Under the pieces are notes generated by a model. The model was not told the DNA's origin. It saw only the letters and a list, made by a program, of their open reading frames with translations, and did no database searches. A stretch of 64,000 nt of DNA from Solirubrobacterales bacterium (lineage in GTDB: Bacteria > Actinomycetota > Thermoleophilia > Solirubrobacterales > 70-9), in contig DASQCF010000009.1 in assembly GCA_035634815.1 (NCBI GenBank), forward strand, positions 8,585 through 72,584. The letters run 5' to 3'. A program made the translations under genes and the position numbers. This document shows, piece by piece, positions 14,640 to 23,317 of this stretch (within the stretch, counting starts at the first letter, position 1; each line of letters starts with the position of its first letter).

Positions 14640-15944
14640 GTGACTTCCGCGCCGCTGTCGATCGCCCAGGTCTTTCCGGTTCGCCGGAGCGGGGCGAACC
14701 CGGCGGCGCGGTTCGCCGGCGCCCTCTCCGAGGAGCTGGAGCGGCGCGGGCACGAGGTGCTGCGGATCAAGACCGGAGACCCGGTCAAACGGCTGCTGAA
14801 ATCGCGGTCGCTGGACATCGTCCACGTCCACGATCCGTTTGCGCCGAGCGCCCCCTCGGCGGCGCTGCGGCACTCCTTCTCCCTCAACGTCGCCACCTTC
14901 CACGCCCCGCAGGAGCGGGTGCTCTCCACCCAGGTGGCGCGGCCGTTCGTGGAGATCTTCTTCGGCCGCATCGACGCCCGGACGGTCACCCGGCCGCAGA
15001 CGGCGGAGCTGCTGGAACGTTTCTTTCCGGCCGGCTACGAGCAGGTCGGGGACGCGGCCTCGTTCAACGGGGCGGGAGGTGAGCCCGATTGGGCAGATGT
15101 TGCCGACGAGCTGGAAGCGATCTACCGCCGCTTGCTGGCCAGGCGCCACGACCCGACCGGCGACCCCGAGGTGCGCGAGCGGATTGCGGACCGGCCGCTG
15201 ATCGAGGTCGACCTGCACATGCACACCGACCACTCCGGCGACTGCGCCACCCCGGTCGACGTCCTCATCAACACCGCCCGGGACCGGGGGCTGGGGGCGA
15301 TCGCGATCACCGACCACAACGAGGTCTCCGGAGCGCTGGAGGCGCGCAAGCTGGCCGAAGAGCTGGGCGACATCAAGGTGATCGTCGCCGAGGAGGTGAA
15401 GACCGCCGAGCAGGGCGAGGTGATCGGCCTCTTCCTGGAGGAGAAGATCCCGAAGGGGCTGACGATGGCGGAGACGATCCGGGAGATCCGGGCCCAGGGC
15501 GGGCTGGTCTACGTGCCGCACCCCTTCGACCGCTTCCACTCGGTCCCCGACTACGAGCACCTGCTGGACATCGTCGAGGAGATCGACCTGCTGGAGGTCT
15601 TCAACCCGCGGGTGGCGGTGACCTCGTTCAACGAGGAGGCGGTGCGGTTTGCGGCCAAGTACCGGATCGTCCCCGCCGCCGGCTCCGACAGCCACGTCGC
15701 CCAGGGGCTCGGCAGCGTGCGGCAGCGGATCCACGACTTCGACGGGCCGGCGGAGTTCCTGGAGGCGATGCGCGGTGCCGACATCACCCGCAAGCACAAG
15801 AACCTCGTCTACGTCCAGACCCTGAAGTTCCTGCAGACGACGGGGCGGCCGAAGGCGCCGAAACGGCGGGTGCCGAACGCGAAACCGGTGCGGGGCGGCC
15901 GGCCCCGGCGGCGCAAAGAAGGGCGCCGCACGAGCAAGTCCTGA
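14640..15944 (+). CDS. Fusion protein: GT4-type glycosyltransferase N-domain-like region + PHP-family metal-dependent phosphoesterase, with a basic C-terminal tail
   Basis: N-terminal ~170 aa resemble a Glyco_trans_4 N-domain (RRGHEV ... LDIVHVHDP), but no GT C-terminal half follows. PHP motifs present: DLHMHTDHSGD, ITDHNE, GSDSH. Confidence 0.75.
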   Translation: MTSAPLSIAQVFPVRRSGANPAARFAGALSEELERRGHEVLRIKTGDPVKRLLKSRSLDIVHVHDPFAPSAPSAALRHSFSLNVATFHAPQERVLSTQVARPFVEIFFGRIDARTVTRPQTAELLERFFPAGYEQVGDAASFNGAGGEPDWADVADELEAIYRRLLARRHDPTGDPEVRERIADRPLIEVDLHMHTDHSGDCATPVDVLINTARDRGLGAIAITDHNEVSGALEARKLAEELGDIKVIVAEEVKTAEQGEVIGLFLEEKIPKGLTMAETIREIRAQGGLVYVPHPFDRFHSVPDYEHLLDIVEEIDLLEVFNPRVAVTSFNEEAVRFAAKYRIVPAAGSDSHVAQGLGSVRQRIHDFDGPAEFLEAMRGADITRKHKNLVYVQTLKFLQTTGRPKAPKRRVPNAKPVRGGRPRRRKEGRRTSKS

Positions 15945-16603
15945 TGCAGACGGACCGTCGCAAAGGAGCCGCGCCCGCCTCGTCAAAGAGTGCCCCGATG
16001 CGCAGCATCGACGACGAGATACGTGAGAAGTACCTGGAGCGGGCGATCCGCGAGCTCAACCAGATGAGCCGCGAAGTCCAGGAGTGCCCGCACTGTCCGC
16101 GCGGCAAACTGATGCCGGTTCTCGGCTCCGGCCACCCGCAGGCCGACGTCTTCATGCTCAAGCACGCGCCGCTGGCCTCGGAGATCGAGGAGGGGGTCGC
16201 CTTCTACGGCCGCTCCGGCAACGCGCTGATGAAAAGCTTCAAACGCCTCGGCATCGACCCGCTCGGCGTCTACGGCACCCTCTGCGTCAAATGCCCGATC
16301 GCCGAGCCCGACCTCGCCCCCGGCGAGTGCGTCGGCCGCCTGGTCGAGGAGCTGGCGATCGTGCAGCCGAAGATCGTCGTCGTCATGGGCGAACCCGCCC
16401 TCCGCGTCCTCAACGGCCTCAGCGTCCCCCTCTCCCGCCCGATCGAGCAGCGCGAGGGCGAGATCCAGGCCTTCACCCCCACCATCGACGCCCTCTACGT
16501 CCCGGACATCGACGCCTCCCTCGACGAAGAGGGCGCCAAGCAGCGCTTCTGGCGAGCCTTCAAGACGCTCGGCGAGTGGTACGACGACCTGCCGCCGTAC
16601 TGA
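15944..16603 (+). CDS. Uracil-DNA glycosylase superfamily protein (family 4-like)
   Basis: In-frame ATG at 15944 (1-nt overlap with the previous stop). Family-4-like layout (CPHCPRG ... VFMLKHAP ... FYGRSGNAL ... VVVMGEPA). The usual GEAPG motif is divergent. Confidence 0.7.
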   Translation: MQTDRRKGAAPASSKSAPMRSIDDEIREKYLERAIRELNQMSREVQECPHCPRGKLMPVLGSGHPQADVFMLKHAPLASEIEEGVAFYGRSGNALMKSFKRLGIDPLGVYGTLCVKCPIAEPDLAPGECVGRLVEELAIVQPKIVVVMGEPALRVLNGLSVPLSRPIEQREGEIQAFTPTIDALYVPDIDASLDEEGAKQRFWRAFKTLGEWYDDLPPY

Positions 16604-16644
16604 GAGCCTTCTGCATAGCTGCATCATGATGTTAAAGTGCAGTT

Positions 16645-16896
16645 ATGGCGAAGACGCGGACCACGCTGACCGTCGATAAAGAGGTCCTGCGCGCGGTTCG
16701 GATCAAGGCTGCCCGCACGGGCAAGCGCGATTCCGAGGTGATCGAGGAATCGCTGCGGCGGGATCTCGGGCTCGACGAGCTGGAGCGGATTTGGGCGCGG
16801 GTGAAACCAGTGCCGGAAGACGACGACGGCCTCGCGCTGGCTTACGAGGAGCTGCACGCGATGCGCAGGGAGAAGGGTGCGGCGGGCGGTACTTGA
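16645..16896 (+). CDS. Ribbon-helix-helix (CopG-like) antitoxin
   Basis: TLTVDKEVLRAVRIKAARTGKRDSEVIEESLRR. Overlaps the downstream PIN gene by 20 nt. Confidence 0.75.
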   Translation: MAKTRTTLTVDKEVLRAVRIKAARTGKRDSEVIEESLRRDLGLDELERIWARVKPVPEDDDGLALAYEELHAMRREKGAAGGT

Positions 16897-17278
16897 TCCT
16901 GGCGTTCTGATCTCTGCTCTGATCAAGCCCACCGGTCCTCCGGCAATGCTCCTGGCACAGGCCCACGGAGCCGGCTTTGAGCTGATCATCTCCCCGCTGC
17001 TCTTGGAGGAGTTGGAGGGGGTCCTGCTCCGAAAGAAGTTCCGCCGCTACGCGACTGTCGAGGATGTAGCTGGTTATCTCGCCTTCATCCGGCGGCAGGG
17101 GACGCTGGTTCGCGACCCTGACCAACCCGCGCCGTTGCCGTGCTCTGACCCGAAGGACGAGTACCTGCTCGCCCTCGCCTATGGGCAGAAAGCGGTTCTC
17201 GTTACGGGTGACTCACACCTGCTGGGGCTCAGCGGGGGCGCTCCGATCTGTGGGCCGGCGGACTTTCGCGCGAGCTAG
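16877..17278 (+). CDS. PIN-domain toxin (TIGR00305-like)
   Basis: RAVLDPGVLISALI N-terminus and acidic residues (DPKDEYLLAL, VTGDSHLL) typical of the PIN_3 family. Confidence 0.8.
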   Translation: MRRAVLDPGVLISALIKPTGPPAMLLAQAHGAGFELIISPLLLEELEGVLLRKKFRRYATVEDVAGYLAFIRRQGTLVRDPDQPAPLPCSDPKDEYLLALAYGQKAVLVTGDSHLLGLSGGAPICGPADFRAS

Positions 17279-17294
17279 CCGCCGTGTGGCGCAA

Positions 17295-18080
17295 TTAGGA
17301 GTGGGGTGCTGCGGCCGCGGCGAGGGCGGTCATTGGCTCGACCTTTGCTGAGGCCAGGCCCCTGACGACGATCGTGTCGAGGGGGCCCTCGTAGGCGGAC
17401 AGCTGGCGCTGGGCGTCTTCGCTGTCGGCGGCGGCGACGCCGACCGTGCCCTCGGGCTCTGCGAGGCGGTCGAAGTGGTCTCGGTAGCCCTTGTGGAGGT
17501 CGCGGTAGAAGGACTCCTCCTTGGCGAGGCGCTCCGCCGCGTCGGGGCCGACGGCGGTGCGGACGTAGCCGAAGACCGGGGGCGTGGGGCGGCCGGTGTC
17601 CGCGGCGCCGGCTTCTACCTTGGCGCGGGCGCCGGCGGCGAAGCCCGGGGTCATCCAGTTGAAGAAGACGCCGTCGTAGGCGCTGCCGGCGAGTTCGCAC
17701 ATCTTCGGGCCCATCGCGGCGAGCACCAGTTTCACGTCGGGGAGCAGGCGGCGCAGCTCGGGCAGCTGCTCGCGCATCGCCGTCAGCGGCTTCTTGTTGA
17801 AGCCCGCCCCGACCCCGAGCCAGAGCCTGGCCGGGTCGATGCCGAACTCCTCGACGTCGGCGGCGATCTGCTCGGGCGGGGTGCGGTCGAGGGCGATCAC
17901 GGCGACGCCGAGATCGATCGCCGGCGCCGCGGCGGCGAACTCGGCCAGCGTCGCCAGGCCTTTGGCGCCGGGATGGTCGTTGGACCAGACCGAGTCGTAG
18001 CCGAGCTCGGCGCAGCGGGCCGCCAGCGGCCGCGCTACCTCCGGGTCCAGCCCCGCCGCGACTCCGAAGGCGCGGCCCAT
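17295..18080 (-). CDS. LLM-class (luciferase-like) F420-dependent oxidoreductase
   Basis: ORF trimmed to the ATG at 18080 (MGRAFGVAAG), which overlaps the upstream stop. TIM-barrel LLM-like sequence. Confidence 0.8.
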   Translation of the reverse strand: MGRAFGVAAGLDPEVARPLAARCAELGYDSVWSNDHPGAKGLATLAEFAAAAPAIDLGVAVIALDRTPPEQIAADVEEFGIDPARLWLGVGAGFNKKPLTAMREQLPELRRLLPDVKLVLAAMGPKMCELAGSAYDGVFFNWMTPGFAAGARAKVEAGAADTGRPTPPVFGYVRTAVGPDAAERLAKEESFYRDLHKGYRDHFDRLAEPEGTVGVAAADSEDAQRQLSAYEGPLDTIVVRGLASAKVEPMTALAAAAAPHS

Positions 18081-19489
18081 CAGGCGTCGCCTCCGCCGTC
18101 GGCGGTCGCCCCGGCATCGGGCTGCGCGGCGCCGCGGCGTGCCGCCTGGCGCTCGAAAAGGGCGACGCACTCGATGTGGGGAGTCTGGGGAAACATGTCG
18201 ACAGGCCGCACGCGGGCGAGCTTATAACCGGCCTCTCCCAGCTGAGCGGCGTTGGGCGCCAGCGTCGTCGGGTTGCAGGAGACGTAGACGATCTTCTCCG
18301 CCTCGCACTCGAGCACCCGGCGGACGATCTTCTGCGAGAGCCCGGCCCGCGGCGGGTCGACGACGACTACGTCGGGCCGGCCGGCCTTCTCGACCAGCGG
18401 CCGCACCCCGGTGCGCGCGTTGGCGGCCATGAAGTGGGCGTTCCCGATCTTGTTGCGCCGCGCGTTGCGCTCGGCGTCGGCGATCGCCTCGGGGACGATC
18501 TCCAGCCCCCAGACCTCGCCCGCCTGCGCGGCCATCGTCAGCCCGATCGTGCCGATCCCACAGAAGAGGTCGAAGACCCGCTCGCGCCCGCTCAGCCCGG
18601 CGAACTCCGCCGCGACCGCGTAGAGGCGCTCGGCCATCTCGGTGTTGGTCTGGAAGAAGGCGCCGTGGGACATCTCCAGCTTCAGGCCGCAGAGCTCCTC
18701 GCGGAGGCGCTCGGCGCCGAGGACCCCGGTCGGGCCGTCACTGCCGCCCGACTCGGCCTCGACGATCGTGTGCAGGTCGACCGGTGGTCGCGGGAAGCGC
18801 GCTTTGACCGTCACCAGCCGCGTCTGCAACTGGCCGGTGCGCCGGCCCTCGCGCACCGCCAGGTTGCGCAGGACGCCGCGGCCGCCGCGCCGGTCGAAGG
18901 CGGGAATCGATTCCTCCCGCGCCCACTCGCGCACCGCGTTCCGCGCCTCGTTGCCCGCCGCCGAGCCGAGGTGGCAGTCGTCGACGTCGACGATCAGGTC
19001 CCAGCGGCCGCGGGCGTGGAAGCCGAGCGCCAGCCCCTCGTCGCTTTCGCCGAAGCTGTATTCGAGCTTGTTGCGGTAGCGCCACTGCTCGAGGGCCGGG
19101 ACGATCTCCTCGGTCTCGAACCCGTCGAGGCCGCCGATCCGCCGCAGCGCGTCGTCGACCTGCTCCTGCTTGTAGGCGAGCTGGCGCTCGTAGGCGAGGC
19201 CCTGCAGCGGCGCCCCGGGGCAGGGCTCGCCGCCGTGGACGCAGGTGTCCGGCAGGCGCTCCTCGGAGGCGCGGACCAGCTCGACGGCCCGCGCCTCGGC
19301 GAAGCGCTTCTTCGATTTCGTCACCTCGGCGCGGACCCGGTCCCCCGGCAGCGCTCCGGTGACGAAGACGACGAAGCCCCCGGCACGGGCCACGCCCCGG
19401 CCGCCGAAGGCGAGCGAGTCGATCTCCAGATCGAGCAGCTCGCCCCGGCGCGGAGCGCGCGGCTTGGTGGTGCCGGGGGCCGACTCCAC
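18080..19489 (-). CDS. rlmD: TRAM-domain 23S rRNA (uracil-C5)-methyltransferase (RlmD/TrmA family)
   Basis: N-terminal TRAM domain (GGRGVARAGGFVVFVTGALPGDRV). SAM-methyltransferase motifs (DLFCGIGTIG, VVVDPPRAG). Confidence 0.85.
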   Translation of the reverse strand: MESAPGTTKPRAPRRGELLDLEIDSLAFGGRGVARAGGFVVFVTGALPGDRVRAEVTKSKKRFAEARAVELVRASEERLPDTCVHGGEPCPGAPLQGLAYERQLAYKQEQVDDALRRIGGLDGFETEEIVPALEQWRYRNKLEYSFGESDEGLALGFHARGRWDLIVDVDDCHLGSAAGNEARNAVREWAREESIPAFDRRGGRGVLRNLAVREGRRTGQLQTRLVTVKARFPRPPVDLHTIVEAESGGSDGPTGVLGAERLREELCGLKLEMSHGAFFQTNTEMAERLYAVAAEFAGLSGRERVFDLFCGIGTIGLTMAAQAGEVWGLEIVPEAIADAERNARRNKIGNAHFMAANARTGVRPLVEKAGRPDVVVVDPPRAGLSQKIVRRVLECEAEKIVYVSCNPTTLAPNAAQLGEAGYKLARVRPVDMFPQTPHIECVALFERQAARRGAAQPDAGATADGGGDA

Positions 19490-19948
19490 CTACGGCAGCG
19501 CTTTGCGCGCCTGATTGACCAGCCGCTCGAGTTCTTTGATCAGCGAGTCGCGCTGTTTCCTGCCTTTTTTCACCAGGTCGGTGAGCAGTTTCTCGGCGTC
19601 GCTGCGGGTCATCCGGCCGCGTTTGACGGCGTCGTCGACGACGTCCTGGATGCGGTCGCGGCTCAGGGTCACGCTCTGCTCGAGGCTCTCGCGGAACTGC
19701 GCGACGCTCTTGTCGAGGCCACTGGTCGCTTTGCTGGAAGACCGTTTGGCCGAGGCTTTGGCTTTCGAAGCTTTTTTCGCGGCGCGTTTTTTCGTGCCTT
19801 TTTTGGCGGAGCGTTTTTTCGAAGCCGGTTTCGCGGCGGCTTTTTTCGCAGCTTTTTTCGGCGCCGCTTTTTTAGCTTTGGCTTTGGCTTTCGATTTCGC
19901 TTTCGTCGCTTTTTTCGCTTTCGACGATTTGGCTTTTTTCTCCGCCAT
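19490..19948 (-). CDS. Lys/Ala-rich histone-H1-like N-terminus fused to a phasin-like (PHA granule-associated/COG3937-like) domain
   Basis: ORF trimmed to the ATG at 19948, with GGAGGC upstream. AKKA/KKAA repeats are followed by DRIQDVVDDAVKRGRMTRSDAEKLLTDLVKKG. Confidence 0.7.
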   Translation of the reverse strand: MAEKKAKSSKAKKATKAKSKAKAKAKKAAPKKAAKKAAAKPASKKRSAKKGTKKRAAKKASKAKASAKRSSSKATSGLDKSVAQFRESLEQSVTLSRDRIQDVVDDAVKRGRMTRSDAEKLLTDLVKKGRKQRDSLIKELERLVNQARKALP

Positions 19949-19994
19949 CAGTTCTGCCTCCGGTTGGTTGACCGCTGGGTGGAGACCGACTATC

Positions 19995-20834
19995 TCAATT
20001 CCGCAGGAGGTGTGGCTCTTCCGCAAGGAACCGTGCCTGAACCGGTGCATGATCGGAGAGCCGCACAGCGCGCCCGTCGAGCGGCAGCTCGCGCGCCTCG
20101 GGCGGCCAGCGGGTCGGCGGCTCGACCACCTCAAGGCCGCGGCAGAGGATGTGGTCGATCGCGTCCGGCGCCGTCGTCGGCGCCAGCCCGAACTCGTCGC
20201 GCAGCCGCTCGAAGACGCGCGGCTGCTTGCCCGGCCGCAGGTTGAGGTCGCCGCCGAAGACGAGCGGCGCGCTGGCCGCCCACTCCAGCGCCGCCCGCGC
20301 CGCCTTGACCACGTCCTCGGCCGCCAGCTTCGGCCAGTCGTTGGTGGCGTGCAGGTTGGCGACGCAGATGCCGGAGGCGGTGCGGACGAAGCCCATCGCC
20401 CGGCGCTCGGGCTCGCCTTCGTGGATCGCCATCTCGCGCCGCTCGGCGATCCCGCCGAGCTTGCCCGGCACCCGGACCAGGATCAGGTTCGAGCCGCCCT
20501 CGCCCGAGGCCATCAGGTCCGGGTTCTGGCGGGCGAGCAATCGGCGCACCGCGCCGAGGGCATTGCGCGAGGTCAGCGTCCGGTGGGCCTCGGCGCTGCA
20601 GGCCCGTGCCAGCGGCTCGGCGAAGCGCGGCGGGCACTCCTGCAGCATCGCCACGTCCCACTCGGCCGCGGCGAGGACGGTCGCGAACTCCGCGGTGAGG
20701 TCGCGGTTGACCTGGACGTGGGTCGCGTTTCGCTCCTCGATCCGCAGCAGCCGCGAGCGCCAGGTGCGCAGCGCCGGGTCGGGCGGATAGTCGCGCCCGT
20801 GGAAGAGGTTCCAGCTGAGGACCGTCAGCTCCAT
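19995..20834 (-). CDS. Endonuclease/exonuclease/phosphatase (EEP) family protein
   Basis: ORF trimmed to the ATG at 20834 (MELTVLSWNLFHG). C-terminal LSDHAPV motif. Confidence 0.8.
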   Translation of the reverse strand: MELTVLSWNLFHGRDYPPDPALRTWRSRLLRIEERNATHVQVNRDLTAEFATVLAAAEWDVAMLQECPPRFAEPLARACSAEAHRTLTSRNALGAVRRLLARQNPDLMASGEGGSNLILVRVPGKLGGIAERREMAIHEGEPERRAMGFVRTASGICVANLHATNDWPKLAAEDVVKAARAALEWAASAPLVFGGDLNLRPGKQPRVFERLRDEFGLAPTTAPDAIDHILCRGLEVVEPPTRWPPEARELPLDGRAVRLSDHAPVQARFLAEEPHLLRN

Positions 20835-20886
20835 GCGGCGTAGTATCCGCAAGCTTGTTGATCGCGAAGCGAAGCGGAGCGCAAAC

Positions 20887-21768
20887 TTGACCAATTTCCT
20901 CACCGGTGAAGAGCTCGGGGCGTTCGAGCTCGGCAAGCTGCTCGACCGCGCGGCCGAGCTGAAAGCCGGTCGCCGCGACGGCGTCGGGGGCGACGCGCTC
21001 GCCGGCCGCAGCGTCGCCCTCGTCTTCGAGAGGCCCTCGACGCGGACGCGGATCTCCTTCGACGTCGGCGTCGCCGAGCTCGGCGGCCACGGGGTGATGC
21101 TGCGCGGCGACGAACTGCAGCTGGCCCGCGGCGAGTCGGCCGGCGACACCGCCCGCGTCCTCTCCCGCATGGTCGACGCGATCGTGATCCGCTCCGGCTC
21201 CCACGAGACCGTCACCGACCTGGCCGCGGCGGCCGAGGTGCCGGTGGTCAACGGCCTGACGCCGCTGCACCACCCCTGCCAGGCGATCGCCGACCTGCTG
21301 ACCCTGCGCGAGCGCTTCGGCGACCTGCAGGGCCTGCGGCTCGCCTACGTCGGCGACGGCAACAACGTCGCCCGCTCGCTGGCGATCCTCGGCGAGCTCG
21401 CCGGGGTGGAGGTCGTCGTCGCCGCGCCCGAGGGCTACCAGCTGGAGGAGGGCCACGGGGCGAAGCTGACCGGCGACCCGCGCGCCGCCGCCGCCGAGGC
21501 CGACGCGCTCTACACCGACGTCTGGGTCAGCATGGGCGACGAGGAGGAGGCCGCGCGCCGGCGCGCCGACCTCGCCCCGTTCCAGCTCGACGCCGACCTG
21601 CTCGCCGTCGCCAAGGAGCGCGCGATCGTCCTCCACTGCCTGCCCGCCCACCCGGGGGAAGAGATCGCCGCCGACGTCCTCTACGGCGAGCACTCCGCCG
21701 TCTGGGACCAGGCCGAGAACCGCCTGCACGCGCAGAAGGCGCTGTTGGAGCTGCTCCTCAGCGAGTAG
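20887..21768 (+). CDS. argF: Ornithine carbamoyltransferase
   Basis: STRTR, HPCQ and HCLPAH motifs. The ORF opens at 20833, but that would overlap the divergent EEP start. An in-frame TTG at 20887 lies 8 nt after GGAG and is preferred. The start remains uncertain. Confidence 0.88.
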   Translation: MTNFLTGEELGAFELGKLLDRAAELKAGRRDGVGGDALAGRSVALVFERPSTRTRISFDVGVAELGGHGVMLRGDELQLARGESAGDTARVLSRMVDAIVIRSGSHETVTDLAAAAEVPVVNGLTPLHHPCQAIADLLTLRERFGDLQGLRLAYVGDGNNVARSLAILGELAGVEVVVAAPEGYQLEEGHGAKLTGDPRAAAAEADALYTDVWVSMGDEEEAARRRADLAPFQLDADLLAVAKERAIVLHCLPAHPGEEIAADVLYGEHSAVWDQAENRLHAQKALLELLLSE

Positions 21769-21783
21769 CGAAGGCGCCCCGCG

Positions 21784-22407
21784 ATGCCGCTCCTCTACGA
21801 AAACCCGGTCTCCGGCAACTGCCACAAGGTGCGGCTGATCCTCGGCCTGCTCGGGATCGAGTGCGAGCGGCGGGTGCTCTCGGTGACCGACCACTCCGAG
21901 CGCATCGAGGTGCTCGGCGGCTTGAGCCCGACGCTGAACCTGCCGACGGTGGTGCTCGACGACGGCCGGCCGCTGGCCGAGTCGAACGCGATCCTCTGGC
22001 ACTTCGCCGAGGGCACCGAGTACCTGCCGGAGGACAGCTACGAACGCGCCCAGGTGCTGCAGTGGATGTTCTTCGAGCAGTACAAGCACGAGCCTGGGGT
22101 CGCGGTCGTCCGCTTCTGGGACTCGATCGCGCCCGCGCACCTGACGCCGCCGCCCGGCCTGGAGGCGAAGCGGGCCGACGGCCTGGTGGCGCTGAAGGCT
22201 ATGGAGCGGCACCTGCGCGAGCGCGAGTACTTCGTCGGCGAGGGCCTGACGATCGCCGACATCGCCCTCTTCGCCTACACCCACGTCGCCGAGGAGGCCG
22301 GCTTCGACCTCGAGCCGCTGCCGGCGGTGCGCGCCTGGCTGGGGCGGGTCGAAGCCCATCCCGGGATCGTCCCGATGGACCCGCTCGGCGAGCGGCCGGG
22401 GGCCTGA
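21784..22407 (+). CDS. Glutathione S-transferase family protein
   Basis: Thioredoxin-like N-domain plus helical GST C-domain (IADIALFAY). Confidence 0.85.
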   Translation: MPLLYENPVSGNCHKVRLILGLLGIECERRVLSVTDHSERIEVLGGLSPTLNLPTVVLDDGRPLAESNAILWHFAEGTEYLPEDSYERAQVLQWMFFEQYKHEPGVAVVRFWDSIAPAHLTPPPGLEAKRADGLVALKAMERHLREREYFVGEGLTIADIALFAYTHVAEEAGFDLEPLPAVRAWLGRVEAHPGIVPMDPLGERPGA

Positions 22408-22410
22408 GGC

Positions 22411-23196
22411 GTGTACCCCGAGATCCACCTCGGCCCGCTGACCCTGCAGACCTTCGGGCTCTGCTTCGCGCTCGCCTTCCTCGCCGCCGGGGCGCTGATC
22501 TGGAAGCGCTTCGGGGAGATCGGCAAGCCGCCGGACTGGGCCTACGAGATGGGCTTCGCGGCGCTGATCGGCGGCATCGTCGGCTCCCGCGTCTATTTCA
22601 TCGTCCAGAACTACAGCGAGGTCAAGGACGACCTGCTCGGCAACCTCTTCAGCGGCTCGGGCCTGGTCTGGTACGGCGGCGCGATCGGCGGCGCCATCGC
22701 CGTCCTGCTCTGGGCCTGGTACCGCGGCTTCCTCGGCCTGGCGCTGCTCGACGTCGCCGCGCCGGCGCTGGCGCTCGGCTACGCGATCGGCCGCTGCGGC
22801 TGTCAGCTCTCCGGCGACGGCGACTACGGCAAGGCCTGGAACGGGCCCTGGGCGATGTCCTACCCCGACGGCACCGTGCCGACCGACCAGACCGTCCACC
22901 CGACCCCGATTTACGAGACGCTGGCGATGGGGCTCGGCGCCTGGTTCCTCTGGCAGCTGCGCGACCGGGTCCGCGCCGGCATCCTCTTCGCGATCTACCT
23001 GGTGTACGCGGGGGCGGAGCGCTTCCTCGTCGAGTTCCTGCGCCGCAACGCGACCGACGCGATCGGCCTGACCACGGCGCAGCTGGAGAGCTTGGCGATG
23101 ATGGTCGCCGGAGCGCTCTGGATCGCTATCGTGAGCCGTCGCCACGGAGGCATCGGCCGCCCGGCGGCGAACGAAAGGGCTGCGGCAGAGGCATAA
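22411..23196 (+). CDS. lgt: Prolipoprotein diacylglyceryl transferase
   Basis: GTG start. Multi-TM protein with the Lgt signature GRCGCQLSGDGDYG. Confidence 0.9.
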   Translation: MYPEIHLGPLTLQTFGLCFALAFLAAGALIWKRFGEIGKPPDWAYEMGFAALIGGIVGSRVYFIVQNYSEVKDDLLGNLFSGSGLVWYGGAIGGAIAVLLWAWYRGFLGLALLDVAAPALALGYAIGRCGCQLSGDGDYGKAWNGPWAMSYPDGTVPTDQTVHPTPIYETLAMGLGAWFLWQLRDRVRAGILFAIYLVYAGAERFLVEFLRRNATDAIGLTTAQLESLAMMVAGALWIAIVSRRHGGIGRPAANERAAAEA

Positions 23197-23205
23197 ATCT
23201 CTCGC

Positions 23206-23250
23206 CGAGTTGCCCGTTTGTCTCGCTATCCGAGACAAACCGTCAACTGG
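23206..23250. repeat. Imperfect palindromic element (copy 1 of 2; see 50637..50681)
   Basis: CGAGTTGCCCGTTTGTCTCG-N5-CGAGACAAACCGTCAACTGG, with 17/20 arm pairing. The left arm is 19/22 identical to the element at 50636. Confidence 0.6.
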
Positions 23251-23317
23251 GCACCGATCACTGGTATCTTGCGCAAAATCTTTGGAGCGGTCGACTAAGG
23301 GAAGGAATGGCAGGCAG

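Noticed and set aside
19740-19948. Periodic T6-containing repeats that resemble a short repeat array.
   Set aside because: They are the coding strand complement of AKKA/KKAA low-complexity protein sequence. There are no spacers or repeat units of CRISPR size. No CRISPR array was seen anywhere in the window.
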